A DNA stretch of 64,000 nucleotides from Gekko japonicus (GCF_001447785.1 NW_015163638.1:221687-285686); one strand, 5' to 3'; counted from the stretch's first letter, positions 23,451-36,764 are shown. Notes: generated by a model not told the origin, from the letters alone. Program-made: numbers and translations.

Positions 23451-23614
23451 CTGGTTGGATTTAAACTAGTTGATAAGAGTTCCTTCACATTTGTTTGGGT
23501 CAGTGTTCAAGTAGTAAGAAAGGTAAGTTTCCTGCAGACTTTCTAATACAGGGTCGGTTAGGTTACTGAGCAGAGGTGCAAAATCAGGAATTCCTTCTGT
23601 ATTTTCTCTTACAG

Positions 23615-23730
23615 GTTAAACTATTGAAAGATACCCTGGATGCTTGGAAGAAGGAGGTAGAGAAGAAGCCACCTACAATGTCAATAGATGATGCTTATGA
23701 AGTTCTCCATCTTCCAAAGGGACAAGGGAA
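23615..23730 (+). CDS. DNAJC13: DNAJC13 exon 34 (J-domain start)
   Basis: cag|[15 protein letters not shown]...[16 protein letters not shown]|gtaagt. Confidence 0.95.
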
Positions 23731-24106
23731 GTAAGTTGTCATAACATTTTCCATTACAAGTAGAACTGGTGCCTAAAACAAATAAATTACATTTCTTTCT
23801 GCTGGATCCCATTCGTTTAGTTGACTCCAGCTGTTCCTTCGCCTGGGGAAACTACTGAATCATGGTGCAGCTAACAAACAGGTTTTATAGAGCAGCAGTA
23901 GGATAGTAATTTGGCATTGGAGCACATTTTGTGTGGGAACATCCTGACCCATAGATTTGGCCCTGTGCCACTTAATCAGAAGTGCAGGCAGAATACCAAA
24001 AAGGGGAAAGTAGCATAATGCAGGGAAGGGGAATCCTGTGTCCAAACAATGGATGCAGGGGCAAGTGATTCATTTTGGCCCTACCGTTGTAGCTTCTGCC
24101 ATGTGA

Positions 24107-24110
<4 letters not shown>

Positions 24111-24138
<28 letters not shown>
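24111..24138. repeat. (GCT)n microsatellite
   Basis: About 9 GCT units. Confidence 0.9.
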
Positions 24139-24140
<2 letters not shown>

Positions 24141-24893
24141 TGCATTCCTATATCGCCCACAGCCGAAGCTCTCTGGGCAGTTTGCAACCATACAAAACAG
24201 TAAAATAACAATAAATAGGAATTAATATCAAAACATTAAAAAACAGTAGGAGGTCTAGTGAAATGCAAAATTAATTGCAGAAGTCTAGAGTTTTTGGAAT
24301 GTGTGTGTTGGATATAACCCGCTAAGATCTGTTTCATTGTGCATTATGGGTGCTGCCTCTATTAAGTTAAGAAAGAGGCTTATTTGTAGATTGTGCATAA
24401 TGTCTGTAGAGATTTAGCTAATGCATCAAAAGGGCCTGGAAGTAGGGCTAAAACCTGCAGTTCAGAATGTTCATTTCTAGACTTACAGCTGTTGCCTCCC
24501 CAACATTAAGACAGGGCATTTCCCATGATGGCCCCTTCTCCTTGAGGCTCACCTGGCACCTACTTTATGTTCCTTTAGGCACCGTGCCCAAAACATGTCA
24601 TTTTTACCCAGGCTTTTAATTAGGGGGTTTTCTTACACTTTTTTTTTCATGGTCTGCTTCTGTTTCATGAATAGTTTTATACTATGTATACTACGTATGT
24701 CCAGTGGCTTGTTTTTATATTGTTACATTGTTTTAATTGTAAGCTGCCTTGAGCAGGACTGTGAAGAGGTGGCATAGAAATAGCCTGATTAAATAGACAG
24801 CATTAGTTAAGTAGCTATAACTAGCTAGATCATGGTTTTTTCCCCCTGACTAAATGAAAATATAGGTAACCGCATCCTTTCTGTATTTGGCAG

Positions 24894-24972
24894 ACATGAT
24901 GAGAGCAAGATCAGGAAAGCTTATTTCAGATTGGCTCAGAAATATCACCCTGACAAGAATCCAGAAGGTCGA
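24894..24972 (+). CDS. DNAJC13: DNAJC13 exon 35 (J domain, HPD motif)
   Basis: cag|[27 protein letters not shown]|gtaagt. Confidence 0.97.
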
Positions 24973-25144
24973 GTAAGTGATATGTGTCATAGCCGTAGAG
25001 TGTGTGTGTTTTGCCAGGGAGCTGCAGGCCTTACATAGAACTCTCCGACCTGCAGGGGTCATCTCCATTTCCTTCAGTGGCAGGAAGAGATCCACGTCTA
25101 CATTCCTGGGCACGTGCTGATCTGTTCTGTAATTTGCATGACTG

Positions 25145-25399
25145 AGGTAGCCTATTTGGTGTAGTGGTTAAGTGCGCGGACTCTAATCTGGGAGAGCCGG
25201 GTTTGATTCCCCGCTCCTCCACATGCAGCCAGCTGGGTGACCTTGGGTCAGTCACAGTTCTGTCAGAGCTGTCCTTGAAAAAGAGCTGTTTCTGTCAGAG
25301 CTCTCTCAGCCCCACCTACCTCACAGGGTGTCTGTTGTGGGGAGGGGAAGGGAAAGGAGTTTGTAAGCCGCTCTGAGACTCCTCTGGGTAGTGAAGGGA
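25145..25399 (+). mobile_element. tRNA-derived SINE (Squam3-like)
   Basis: A-box TGGTGTAGTGGTTAAG, B-box GGTTTGATTCCC; highly similar to 30101-30342 and 55894-56176; runs into the gap. Confidence 0.85.
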
Positions 25400-25641
25400 N
25401 NNNNNNNNNNNNNNNNNNNNNNNNNNNNNNNNNNNNNNNNNNNNNNNNNNNNNNNNNNNNNNNNNNNNNNNNNNNNNNNNNNNNNNNNNNNNNNNNNNNN
25501 NNNNNNNNNNNNNNNNNNNNNNNNNNNNNNNNNNNNNNNNNNNNNNNNNNNNNNNNNNNNNNNNNNNNNNNNNNNNNNNNNNNNNNNNNNNNNNNNNNNN
25601 NNNNNNNNNNNNNNNNNNNNNNNNNNNNNNNNNNNNNNNNN
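25400..25641. other. Assembly gap (N run)
   Basis: 242 N. Confidence 0.99.
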
Positions 25642-25899
25642 TTCTAAGTATTTAAAATCATGAAATAGTAGCCTTACAATGTTTGTACACTATTGAAAAT
25701 ATGTGCCTGCTGACTTTCCACAGCAGTCTGATGCATATATTAGCAGAACGTCGAAGTGACCTCCAAAACAGAAGTGTTTATCTAAAGGTTGTATAGAAGA
25801 AGAGCACCTCTCTTTAAAACTTGTTTCTTTTGCAGCATTAGCAAATCTAGTTTGAGATTAGATTCATATATCCTTCTCCGTAATGCACTTCGTCTGCAG

Positions 25900-26035
25900 G
25901 ATATGTTTGAAAAAGTGAATAAAGCTTATGAGTTTTTGTGTACAAAGTCAGCCAAAGTAGTGGATGGTCCAGATCCTGAAAATATTATTTTGATTCTGAA
26001 AGCCCAAAGCATCCTCTTCAACAGACACAAAGAAG
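25900..26035 (+). CDS. DNAJC13: DNAJC13 exon 36
   Basis: cag|[13 protein letters not shown]...FNRHKE-G|gtaat. Confidence 0.95.
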
Positions 26036-26928
26036 GTAATTATGTTATGACTTCTGAGTATATACATTTCCATTAGGTATTGAGTGTATTGAAAATTGAC
26101 ACCTGTATACTGAATTTAAAAATTCGCAGTGCTGTAAAATATGATAAACGTTGCCCTCTACCCCCAAGTAATGGAAAACGACAGCCAGAGCTCTAGATTT
26201 GAATCACTGCAAGAAGCAGCAGGCATACAAAATTGCAAACAACTGTTAGAGCTATATCTTGTCTTCCGTGGCAAAAAACGTGGATATAGTTGGGTGCATT
26301 ATCGTTCAGTTTTACATCTCAACTGAAAGCAGCATTCTTCAGACGTGTTAAATGCTTGTTCAGCTGTGCGTGCCAGGTATTGAAGAATGTCTTTAGCAGT
26401 AAAAGTTCAGACATCAGACTAAAGAGGAAAATTTTGTTGATAGAAAGCCCAGAATTTGCAGAAAACAAAGTTCAAGTGGCAGGATCCAATGTAGTTCAGA
26501 GCCCTCTTTTCCAAACGAAAAGTTGCTCCTTGAAAAATGGTTCCAGAACCTCAGGGAGCTTCAGTATTGCCTCAAACAGTGTGAAGAGTCCCTGAATGGT
26601 GGGAAAAGAATGTATCTGAATCACTGTGTGCACGTGGGCCAGATCTTTGCTGAGCAGCCACTGCCTTGTGGCAGCTTCCTTTTTTGTTTGCTTGTTGATA
26701 GGCCAATAATAATGTTGTAATTTATCTCATTAACTCTGTTTCTGAGCTTGTTATCGGTATTTTTAGCTTGTTCTGGTGAGATCAAGAGAATTTCTGTTTT
26801 TGTCCTCTGGACTGGCAAAAGAGCCGTGAGATAATATAAACTGTGTCGTTCAGACTTAGAATCTTTAGGAGTTTGCTGGAAGGTGGACTCAAGTGTGGAT
26901 ATTGATTTCTGGCATTTTCTTCCTCCAG

Positions 26929-27113
26929 AGTTGAAGCCCTACAAATATGCCGGTTACCCTATGCTGATCAAGACAATCACACTAGAAACTTCAGATGACC
27001 TCTTATTCTCCAAGGAGTCTCCTCTGTTGCCTGCTGCAACTGAGCTGGCTTTCTACACTGTCAATTGTTCAGCGCTTAATGCCGAAGAGCTGAGAAGAGA
27101 GAATGGAATAGAG
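26929..27113 (+). CDS. DNAJC13: DNAJC13 exon 37
   Basis: cag|[14 protein letters not shown]...RENGIE|gtaga. Confidence 0.95.
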
Positions 27114-27792
27114 GTAGACCATGGCTGGGGGCCAATGTTTAGTTTGTGCTTTACAGAAGCAAATGCGGATGAATTTCTTTTTCTGTTAAAGTATTTGCAC
27201 TTTTACTATTTACAGAAGCTCTCTGGAAATGATGTTTTGTCTTCCAGCTTGTTAGCCATGTATGTGACAGGTAGTCCCAGGATTGCTGTTGCTGTCAATT
27301 CTCTACAGTTACGCAAGCCCTTATGAGGGTTTTGTGGATGCTGTTTAATCTGCCCAAACAATAAAGAAATGGCTTGCTGCAAAAATGAATGAGTGAGGAC
27401 TCTTACATAAATGAGCTTCTAATGTGCCAACTAGGAGAAGCAATAACGGTGGTGCTAAGGAATATTTAATATCAATCTATAAAATAATTGTTACTGTGGT
27501 TGGCACAATTAAACCTACTGTTCTACAGCAATTGGCTATCTTTTCCTTCTAATTAAAAATACACCTGAATGGAATGAATACCATGAGTACACAAAATGAG
27601 GGGGAAGAAAACTAAGCTTTCCACAGTTCGTCAAAAATGCATACTTTGTTATTTCAAACAGTCTTTTGGTATACAAATTTAGCATTGTGGCTTTAGAACA
27701 ATATATGGAAGGAGAATCTTTGTTGTGAGATAAAACAGCCTCAACAGATTTAGGTCCTGGCAATCTACTGAAGAAATGTCTTATTCCCACAG

Positions 27793-27867
27793 GTCTTGCA
27801 AGAGGCATTTAATCGCTGTGTTGCAGTCCTGACACGCTCCAGTAAGCCAGATGACATGTCAGTCCAG
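27793..27867 (+). CDS. DNAJC13: DNAJC13 exon 38
   Basis: cag|[25 protein letters not shown]|gtaagt. Confidence 0.95.
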
Positions 27868-28236
27868 GTAAGTGTGAAAGAAATCCTTGTCGTGGAAGAT
27901 GTGACCTGTGTGTGTGGGCTGAAACGGAACCTGTATGTGGGAGTCCAGTTTCACGCATGTACTTGCCCATGCACCTGCTGGGTGCCACTGGGTATATGGC
28001 TCTCCCAAGGCTCAGTTGTTCATCAAATGGGAATTATAATAGCCTTCTTGCTTATTGTAACATTAGACACTGCACAAAGAAATACTATTAATTCTTCCCA
28101 AGGGCATTGGATGGTAAGTCCTCTGCAAATCTACCCTGCTTTTGAACTTTTTACGGGAGGTGGATTTGCTGTCTCCAGTGTTACATAGTGAGCCAAAATT
28201 CCATGTGGTATAGAGAAGTTTTTATTCTCTTCGTAG

Positions 28237-28356
28237 GTGTGTGGACATATTTGTAAGTGTTACAGCGTGGCGGCTCAGTTTGAAGACTGCAGAGAAAAAA
28301 TAACTGAAATGCCCCATGTCATCAAGGACCTCTGTCGAGGGCTGTACTATGGGCAG
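28237..28356 (+). CDS. DNAJC13: DNAJC13 exon 39
   Basis: tag|[15 protein letters not shown]...LYYGQ|gtaac. Confidence 0.95.
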
Positions 28357-28722
28357 GTAACCTCTTCTGAGGCTTCTGTGTCGCCCTTTTCCTAGCCTCT
28401 AGAAATAGTTCCTCTGTGTGCTGAGAAAAGAAGTAGGACCTCAGATGCCTGCATCAGATTGTAAAAGCTGCATCCTCTCGGGACTTCAATTCAAATTAGA
28501 TGTCATCTTGCCTTAATGTGTAGAAAACGCTGTGTTTTTTGCATACACAGCAGACCTGTATCTTGCAGAAGCTGCTGATCTCAAACCCTAGGAGTTCATT
28601 TATTCATCTACACTGCACTTCAGCATGACTTCGTTAGAACACTACATTAAGAAAACTAAAGGAAAGATCCGTGCACTCTTAGGATCATACTGTAGCTGCA
28701 ATATTTGCAGTTTATAGTAAAA

Positions 28723-29140
28723 CAGAGGTCATTTCGGGGGGGAACGCAGTTCCCCCGGGTGAGGTATGGGGGGTGGGGCACATGACGAAGCCCTGCCCCC
28801 CACTTCCGGTCGCCCCGCTTCCGGCCCTCATTCAGCCAGGAGGAGGCAGGAGAAGAGGGAGGGTAAGTTGCTTCCTCCCTGCCTCTCCCCACTCCTGCCT
28901 GCCTGGGGCCAGGGAGGGCCTTTGCGGGGCTTCCTTGCACTCCCACCGGCCTTGCAGGTCCACCGCCGGGCCCCTCATGGGGATCGGCCGTGGAGCTGCA
29001 AGGCCGGCAGTGGCAGCCGGGACCGTTGGGGGTGGGGTGTGTGGCCTTATGACACTTCCGGTGATGTCAGGGGGTGTGGCATATGCTAATGAGTTATGCT
29101 AATGAGTTCCCCTAGCTCTTTTTCTACGAAAAGACCCCTG
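28723..29140. mobile_element. hAT-type MITE family B, copy 1 (418 bp, GC/CpG-rich)
   Basis: TIRs CAGAGGTCATTTCG...CGAAAAGACCCCTG; perfect TSD TAGTAAAA (28715-28722, 29141-29148). Confidence 0.9.
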
Positions 29141-29227
29141 TAGTAAAATATAATTTGTCTTATTCCCGTTGGGCTTCACCATTTTTCATTAATAATTCAA
29201 AGCCGTTGTTTTCCCCTCCTCCTTTAG

Positions 29228-29407
29228 ACCATTCCACGTGTGGCTTCCCTGGGAGTAGAATGCGTCAGCTCGTTTGCTGTGGATTACTTGTTACAGACAC
29301 ATCTCTTTGGAGCTGGGGTTCTGTGGTATTTACTTGGTTACCTCTTCAACTATGATTACACGCTGGAAGAGAGTGGTATTCAGAAGAGTGAAGATTCCAA
29401 TCAGCAG
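29228..29407 (+). CDS. DNAJC13: DNAJC13 exon 40
   Basis: tag|[12 protein letters not shown]...EDSNQQ|gtaat. Confidence 0.95.
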
Positions 29408-29641
29408 GTAATATGGGAGAAGTCTTAATGGAAAGTGAAAAAGAATTTAAGATATGGCAGCATGTAACCTGAGTAACCTTGTTTGTACAGCTTGAGCAGT
29501 ATTTTAAAGATGAATTATGCTTGCTTCTGCATATTGAGTGCATGTCCAAATAGCCTTTAGTCTTATGAAAACAGAAGTAATATAGGTGTTACTACTCAAG
29601 TAACATAAGTGTAGGTTTGAATCACTATTTTCTATTAACAG

Positions 29642-29809
29642 GAAGTAGCCAATAGCCTTGCCAAACTTGGCCTCCTTGCTTTGAGCCGTCTTGGAGGATA
29701 TCTTCCTGGAGAACAAGCTACACCTGAAAATCCAGCCATCAGAAAAAGTCTTGCAAGCATGCTTACTCCTTATATTGCAAGGAAGCTGGCAGTAGTTAGT
29801 CCTACTGAG
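29642..29809 (+). CDS. DNAJC13: DNAJC13 exon 41
   Basis: cag|[14 protein letters not shown]...VVSPTE|gtacac. Confidence 0.93.
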
Positions 29810-30100
29810 GTACACCCCAACATTTAATGATCATACTAACACTTGTCTGCTTTACTTCAGTAGTTAGGATTACTCTGTGAGCTCTCAATAGGCTAAGTAA
29901 TGGCAATGTGGAAGGACATTTCTTAGTCATTAATCATTGGAAACTGAGAGTATTTGACAGAAGCATTTATAAGAACCTTCAGTCCTCATATGACAACTAA
30001 TTGAATTTTTAAACAAGATATGGGAGTATGGTAGAGGTCTGTGGATTTCTTCTGACAATTATAACACAGCATGTTTTTCTTCTGGGCCAGGGAGCTAACA

Positions 30101-30342
30101 GAGCCAGTGTGGTGTAGTGGTTAAGAGAAGCGGACTCTAATCTGGAGAACTGGGTTTGATTCCCTACTCTTTCAATGAAGCCAGCTGGGTGACCTTGGGC
30201 TAGTCACAGTTCTCTCTCAGCCCCACCTACCTCACAGGGTGTCTGTTGTGGGGAGAGGAAGGGAAGGCGATTGTAAGCCACTCCAAGACTCTTTTGGGTA
30301 GTGAAGAGCAGCGTATAAAACCAGCTCTCTTCTCCTTCTTCT
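30101..30342 (+). mobile_element. tRNA-derived SINE (Squam3-like)
   Basis: A/B boxes, shared body, CTT-rich tail. Confidence 0.85.
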
Positions 30343-30958
30343 CTAGTACTAATGGCTATCACACAATTCAGATGCCATGTTAAAGCTACTGAAGATAACT
30401 TTGAGAGCTTGACTACTCCATGTGGCAAATGGTTGCTTTGGGCCCCACCATGTTCATGTTCTATATTGCCATTGTTCTTTGTATATACTGTAATCCTTCC
30501 CTTCTTCAAGGAGCTCAGGGTCACTTACTGATACGATTCTCCCACTCATTTTTCTCTCTCACAACAACCCTGTGAGACAGATTAGGCTGAGTAAGAGTGA
30601 CTGGCCGAAGACCTCCTGGTGGACTTCATAGCCAAGGGGGAATTTGAACCAGTCTCTCTATCCAGCAGGACCTGAACTGGAGGTCGATGGCAGTGTGGAA
30701 GAAAACAGTGTGGAAAGCTGATATGTAGTGAGACATGTCGTGAGAAAGCTGATACGTAGTGAACAACAACTTAGTGCCAGATCTCTACATTAAGAAAAGC
30801 ACAGGTGTTAAAGATTAAACACCAGAGAGGACGTGAGAGAGCTAGATGATGTTCCTGAAGTAGTGTTAAGGAGGTCTTAAGACGACTGAAGGAAGTGTAT
30901 GTGGAAAGAAACGAAAGTTATCTTGAACTTAATTTTTGTCCTTATCCTTTCCCCTCAG

Positions 30959-31072
30959 ATTCTGAAAATGCTCAACAGCAACACAGAGAGCCCGTACTTG
31001 ATATGGAACAACCGGACAAGAGCAGAGCTCCTTGAATTCCTAGAATCGCAGCAGGAAAGCATGATCAAAAGA
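30959..31072 (+). CDS. DNAJC13: DNAJC13 exon 42 (IWN repeat)
   Basis: cag|[24 protein letters not shown]...MIKR|gtgag. Confidence 0.95.
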
Positions 31073-31594
31073 GTGAGACGCCTTTTAAAATTGTCATGTT
31101 GGCTAGTTGGGAGAGGCTAAGGCAGGCATGCTAAGAGGCGGCACGCAAGCCTGTTGTGTTTTTTTCACAATAAGAAAGCAAATATTTACAAAGGTGATGC
31201 AGCTGAAAAGGTTGAAGCCTAGTTCCAAGTAGTGCCTCTTACAGGTGTTGTGCAGGCAAGGATAGAAGCACTGGCCGGCTCTCCTTTTAGTTCCCCCTGT
31301 CCACATTTTCAGCCTGTCCTGCAAAGAAGTCCAGGAAATGAAAGCTGGAGTTCTTAGCCGAATTCTATCCTAACTCTTACATTCCAAAAACACATGAAAT
31401 ACGTGTACAGCCCTACTTGTGGCTACCAACACAGCTATATTCTACAACTTTTAAGGCTTGTGTATTTGTGTGAAGGATTCTGCTGCTTCTGTGTTGAGTC
31501 AGTGCATGTTTCTCCCCTGTAGGAAGCCACACAGTAGTGTTCCTGAAAGTAATTTATTCTGTAAAGATGCTAAACTAAACTTTTTCTCCCGAAG

Positions 31595-31711
31595 GGTGAC
31601 TGTGACAAAAGTTATGGGTCGGAATTTGTCTTCAGTGATCATGCGAAGGAACTCATTGTAGGAGAGATTTTTGTTAGAGTTTACAATGAAGTCCCCACAT
31701 TCCAGCTAGAG
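31595..31711 (+). CDS. DNAJC13: DNAJC13 exon 43
   Basis: aag|[11 protein letters not shown]...PTFQLE|gtgag. Confidence 0.95.
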
Positions 31712-32211
31712 GTGAGGTTCTGCTTTTGCTACTGGTAGACTGAAACCTTTAGAAAAGTATCTTTTCAATAGGCGGTTGGGACATAACCAACATGACGTGT
31801 TTGTCAGTGACTGAAATTTCCCCACCTGTGTTTTCGGTTCAATTACAGGCTGTACTCAGACATCACCATCGGCAGTGGCTTGCTTAAAACAAGTTTGTTG
31901 AACAAACTCTGGTTAGTCTGCCAGATGTGCACAACAGACCACTGCATGCTCATAATGCCAGTTGATTTGCAGCATGCTTTCTTTCCCGTCTGTTTTGTCC
32001 TTGTCTGTTTTGCATTGCTAAGTTACTAGGTATGCAGCCTGTTTGATACTGGCTGCAGTAAATGGAAGGGAAATGGGGGGGGGTTGTTGTGAGGAAGAAA
32101 TTTAGGGCAAGACAAGCCTGCTTTTCTACACGCTTCCAGATAAGCATCGTGAGTTTCCCTCCCCTGTTTCATCTTAGCCACTTCACTGAATTCCTGAGCT
32201 TTAAAACTCTC

Positions 32212-32470
32212 ACCATAAATAAACAGCTTTAAAAGGGAATTAGATTCATGGAGGATAAGTTTATTAATGGCTATGAGGCATGGTGACTGAGGGGAACCTC
32301 CACATTCAGAGGCAGTCAGCCTCTGAATCTCATAGCCAGGAGGCAACATCAGGGGGAAGACCTTGGCCTCTGTGCCCTGTTGACCCTCCAGAGGAACTGG
32401 TTGGCCACTGTGTGAGACAGGATGCTGGACTAGACCCTTTGTCTGATCCAGCAGGGCTCTTCCTATGTTC
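32212..32470 (+). mobile_element. CR1-type LINE 3' fragment
   Basis: Highly similar to 9385-9648. Confidence 0.75.
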
Positions 32471-33504
32471 AAACAAATCTCTTTAGAGTCCTAACCTTCC
32501 CTTTCTCTCTTGCTGTCAGTTGATTTCCCTGTCCCCGTTGAATCACTTCACTGCATCCCCTAAACCGTACTCTTGAACAAAATCGATTTCTTTATAGCTT
32601 CATCCCCCCCATGCCTTTTCTTTCTCGTTTCCTGCTGCACTATAAATTTTAGCTCTCTGAAGCACACTCTTCTTGATGAGTCATCACTTGCTGGGATTAT
32701 GTGGAGAGAATTCAGAGTGAAGGCAGGGGATGGTGTGCCATCTGTAGTGGACAGTTGCTGGTTTCCTGTTAAGCACGGGCCTCCCTCCCTATGCAGGATC
32801 GAGGGAGAGGTGATAGTTGTTTATGTGTCTTCATTGAATTATTTTAGAATTTTATTTTTAATTGCTCATATGTTTTAATGTTTTTATGTTCACCATCTTG
32901 TGGATCCTGATCAGGTGGGAAGGAGACATAAAAATATTTTAAATAAAAGAAATGTTACTCAGCAAACACTTTTCTGTATTCATATTTCACAGCACACCAT
33001 AGTTAGTGCAAAGTGTGGTTAACAAGCCAAGTGTAAGCCGTAGTTTAAAATCCCAGTTTAGCACCTACCAACTCGCATTCAGACTGCACTGAACTGGAGT
33101 TTCTTTAAGTCACTGCTGTGTAAACCGCAGCTTATCATGAAGTCTGAATGCAGAGAAAGTGCTTAAGGTTGAACTAGTAGCACTGTGCATGCTGTCAGGA
33201 GATGTCTCTCAGCTTTCTCTTGTCAGGTGTTGCTTTGTGAATGTAGTCCAGCGTTTGAATCTTTGAGATGCGAGATGAAGTAACCACATTTTATAGAACT
33301 TTGACTGCTATTTAAAATATGTTGGTCTGTTTAAGGTATTTTGGTCTTATCTGGTAGAGAGGGTTTTGTTCACAGAAAACCCTATTTACTGAAGTTGGAA
33401 AAAATGTCAATACTCAGATTTGATTTTATCACTGAATTTGAAATCTTTAATATGCTAACAGGTACTTTACTGAATATAATTATTATTGTGTTCTTTTCCT
33501 GTAG

Positions 33505-33682
33505 CTTCCTAAAGCATTTGCTGCAAGCCTTTTAGACTATATAGGCTCACAAGCACAATACCTTCATACGTTAATGGCCATCACCCAGACTGGGAAAGTA
33601 GAGTCTAACCAACATGGAGAGAGGCTCAGAAGGGTTGAAATGGCTTTGGAGGCTCTGAGGAATGTAATAAAACATAACCCAG
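33505..33682 (+). CDS. DNAJC13: DNAJC13 exon 44
   Basis: tag|[12 protein letters not shown]...VIKHNP-G|gtaagt. Confidence 0.95.
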
Positions 33683-34268
33683 GTAAGTGACATTCATCTT
33701 AGCTGATACAGCATCTACTGAGCATGGGACCCGCAAAGCAAGAAAACATTGAAAGGAAGGCATGGGACTAATATTTAGTCAGTGTCGAGGCAAGGACTGG
33801 GAACAGGAAAAATAAGCTGAGCACCAGCAGGATCACTGTGTTGAAGAACATGCCAAGGGTCAGAACTATAGTGCTATAGTGCTGCAGTGCTGAGTGACCT
33901 CATCTTGTCCTATTACTGCTGCTCTCAATGTGCATGCAAGAGAGGAAAGAATTCTCTATGTATGCCAGCAGCAGATCCTTCCAAAAAAGTCTCTACAGGG
34001 GCTCTCAGAGCAGCAGATAGGGCTTCTGTGAGCTGAAGACCACTGTCTCCTACCAACAGTGGTGCTTAGCTTTTTTGTATGTATAAATGAAAACTCAGTT
34101 GAACAGCTTATCCTCAAGCTACTGAAAGGTACATATAATCACACTGAAACAGCTGTTTTTCCAACTGTTTTCGGATAGATCTTTAAAGGTACTGTTTCTG
34201 GGGGTAAAAATACGTTTCACTTACTTTGTTGATTTACCTCTCTTGTTACATCTCTTTTCTTCACCTAG

Positions 34269-34360
34269 GTTCAGAGTGTGAATGCATAGGGCACTTTAAG
34301 TTAATATTCTCCCTTCTACGTGTCCACGGAGCTGGTCAAGTACAACAGCTGGCTCTGGAG
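34269..34360 (+). CDS. DNAJC13: DNAJC13 exon 45
   Basis: tag|[15 protein letters not shown]...QQLALE|gtaac. Confidence 0.95.
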
Positions 34361-35725
34361 GTAACAAACCACTAAAAGTTGTTTGCTACTTGACCTCTGA
34401 ATGTGCTATGTAGATGGATCAGGGTGAAGTTCACTTCCTGTATGGCCAGAATCTTTATGGTGGTGTATGCATCACTACATCCTTCGTGTGCTCTCTGTCA
34501 AAGGAGTGCAAGGATTCTTCTTTTGACTACCATTAATATAACTAACAAACTTTAATTCTCTGCGATGTAATTTCCTGTGCCACCCATTTGACACCATTTG
34601 ACAAGAAAAGCTAAGAAGGAAAATCAAATTAACAATGGGGCCAAGTCTTGTTAACATGTTATGTTTGTTTAGAAAATGTGCATGCTACCTCTCCAGATGT
34701 ACTTGAGGTGGCTCCCATGTAAAGTTCTTTCCTTTATTATTATGCCCCTTTGACCAAAGGTCTTGAGCAAAGTAAGTACAGATACAAGATAAAAATACAA
34801 GACAGTAAACATTAAAATATAGCATGGCAAATTAAAACCTGTCTTTGTAACAGAATAAAGAAGCCAAAAGTACTATGAATTTGGCAACAGAATGCATTAT
34901 TTCTAGATTGCAGTCTGCCAGCAAAAAAAGAGGTTATGCAAGATTTGACAACCAGCTGATATTTATTCAGGATACATCTAATCCAGAGGTTTCTGAGTGG
35001 CATCCATTGATCATAGAATAAGATAATGTTACTCCAGATGCACAGCAGTGGTAGCAGTCAGAATATGGAGTTCTGGTGAACAGCACCCCCTGAGCTCTGC
35101 AGGTGACAGGACATTCAGTCTGCCCAACATAAAAGCGTACCCGTGGCCAAGAGTTCTAAGGAGGCTTAGATATGGGGGAAGGGTCATGGGGGAATAAACA
35201 GCAAAACAGAACAAAGAAAATAACAATAAAAACAAAATCAATTGAGAACAAAGGAAAACAAAATAACAACAGGTCAGTAAAGTCAGCCATTAAAAACCAA
35301 GACAAAAGTGGATAAAGTAGAAGGCTAAAAGCAATTATGACTAAAAACAGCCCTCAAGCTAGGAGCTGACCATAAGAAAGCTATAAAAAGTAAACCCTTT
35401 AGTTAAAAGCCTAGGTAAAGAGCAGTGTTTTAGCTTAGTGCCTAAAGAGAAGTAAGGGAAGTGCCAGGCAAGCTTGAAGAAGGAGGGCATACATGCACAG
35501 CAACACCCACATCCCTCTTTTGATTGGGAGGAGCCAGAGGAAAAATGCTGTATAGTTCACAGAGGAGAAGAAGAGACAAATTAGCCTGCCATGGCCAGTG
35601 AACGTGCAGCACGGCATGGCCAAGCCATCTTGATCCCATCTTGAAAGAGTTTATAGAAGTGGCAAAAGCTGCCAGTTCCAAGTTTAGCTGGTGTTAATGT
35701 TGTCTTTTTTTTTTCGCCCCCACAG

Positions 35726-35825
35726 GTGGTGAACATAGTAACTAGTAATCAGGAATGTGTTAACAATATTGCAGAGGCAATGGTCCTTTCCAACTTACTG
35801 GCCCTTCTGCATTCACTGCCATCAA
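35726..35825 (+). CDS. DNAJC13: DNAJC13 exon 46
   Basis: cag|[11 protein letters not shown]...HSLPS-A|gtacgt. Confidence 0.95.
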
Positions 35826-36764
35826 GTACGTAGAGCTTATATTGAAGCATTCAATGACCAAAGGACCATCTGCAACAGAGATAAATTCAGGGCACTTAAA
35901 AAAAAAATACCAACAAGGAAAACCATGAAAAATCAAGCATTTCTGTAGTGCAGTAACTCTAATTCTTCCACCCCAGTATGTGCATGTTTATGGAGGAGTA
36001 AGCTCTGTTGGTTCCCATATACGTTTACACAGCATTGTGGGCCCAGTTCCTGAGAAGAATGTTTTTGGGGTCCAGAGTGTTTAGAAACCATGGTCTCTAA
36101 CCTTGGGGGACTTGCGCTTCGATCACAGATATGCAGGGCTAATTATGATTATTTGCTGGTGATAGATCAGGATCTGCTGACAGAAGCACTTGTTTTTGTG
36201 CTTCACGGCTTGGGCTTGGCATTCAAAACAGAGGCAGAAGCCCTGAGCCCTGATAGCCTTTGTTGTAAGCGACACCTGCTCAAGGCTGCAGACTTCACAA
36301 ATAATACAGAATGTGGCTTAAAAGGGTACCATTTGCTACAGTTCTCCATCAGTATTTATTGTGTTATCTCTGCATGGTAGCTATTTGGGTAGGTGTAACT
36401 TACTCATAATACAAGAAATGTTATTAATTATTGGGCAGTGAGAAATGGGTTGATTGATAATTCAGCATCATGTATTAACACTCAGCTATGTAATGCATCA
36501 AAATCTATGCAGAAAGTGTCAGCTTCAATTCTTAGGTTGCAGGGCAGATATATAATCAGAGCAGTAAGAAATAGCGATAAATATTATTGTAGATTAGAAG
36601 TGTATGTCTGTGGACCTAAACTCCATGGAAGCTTCTTGCTCCAATTCTTGAATTAGAGCCCTTCCCTGTAAGTCTGCCCCATGCCTTGTTGTGTCTTGTG
36701 CTGAATTTCTCTCTTAAGTGGATTTAAACTTTGGGCTTTACTAAAAGTCGCTTAATCTCGGCAG

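Noticed and set aside
25145-25220. tRNA-like sequences here and at ~5160-5226, 30101 and 55894
   Set aside because: They continue into shared SINE bodies and tails; these are SINE heads, not tRNA genes
25391-25663. 90-aa ORF of X residues; both gaps are followed by TTCTAAG
   Set aside because: Artefact of the N run; the shared 7-mer is probably chance or a (TTC)n tail end and cannot be interpreted
28656-29102. GC-rich overlapping ORFs suggesting a CpG-island promoter or small gene
   Set aside because: The GC-rich core lies in a TIR/TSD-bounded MITE
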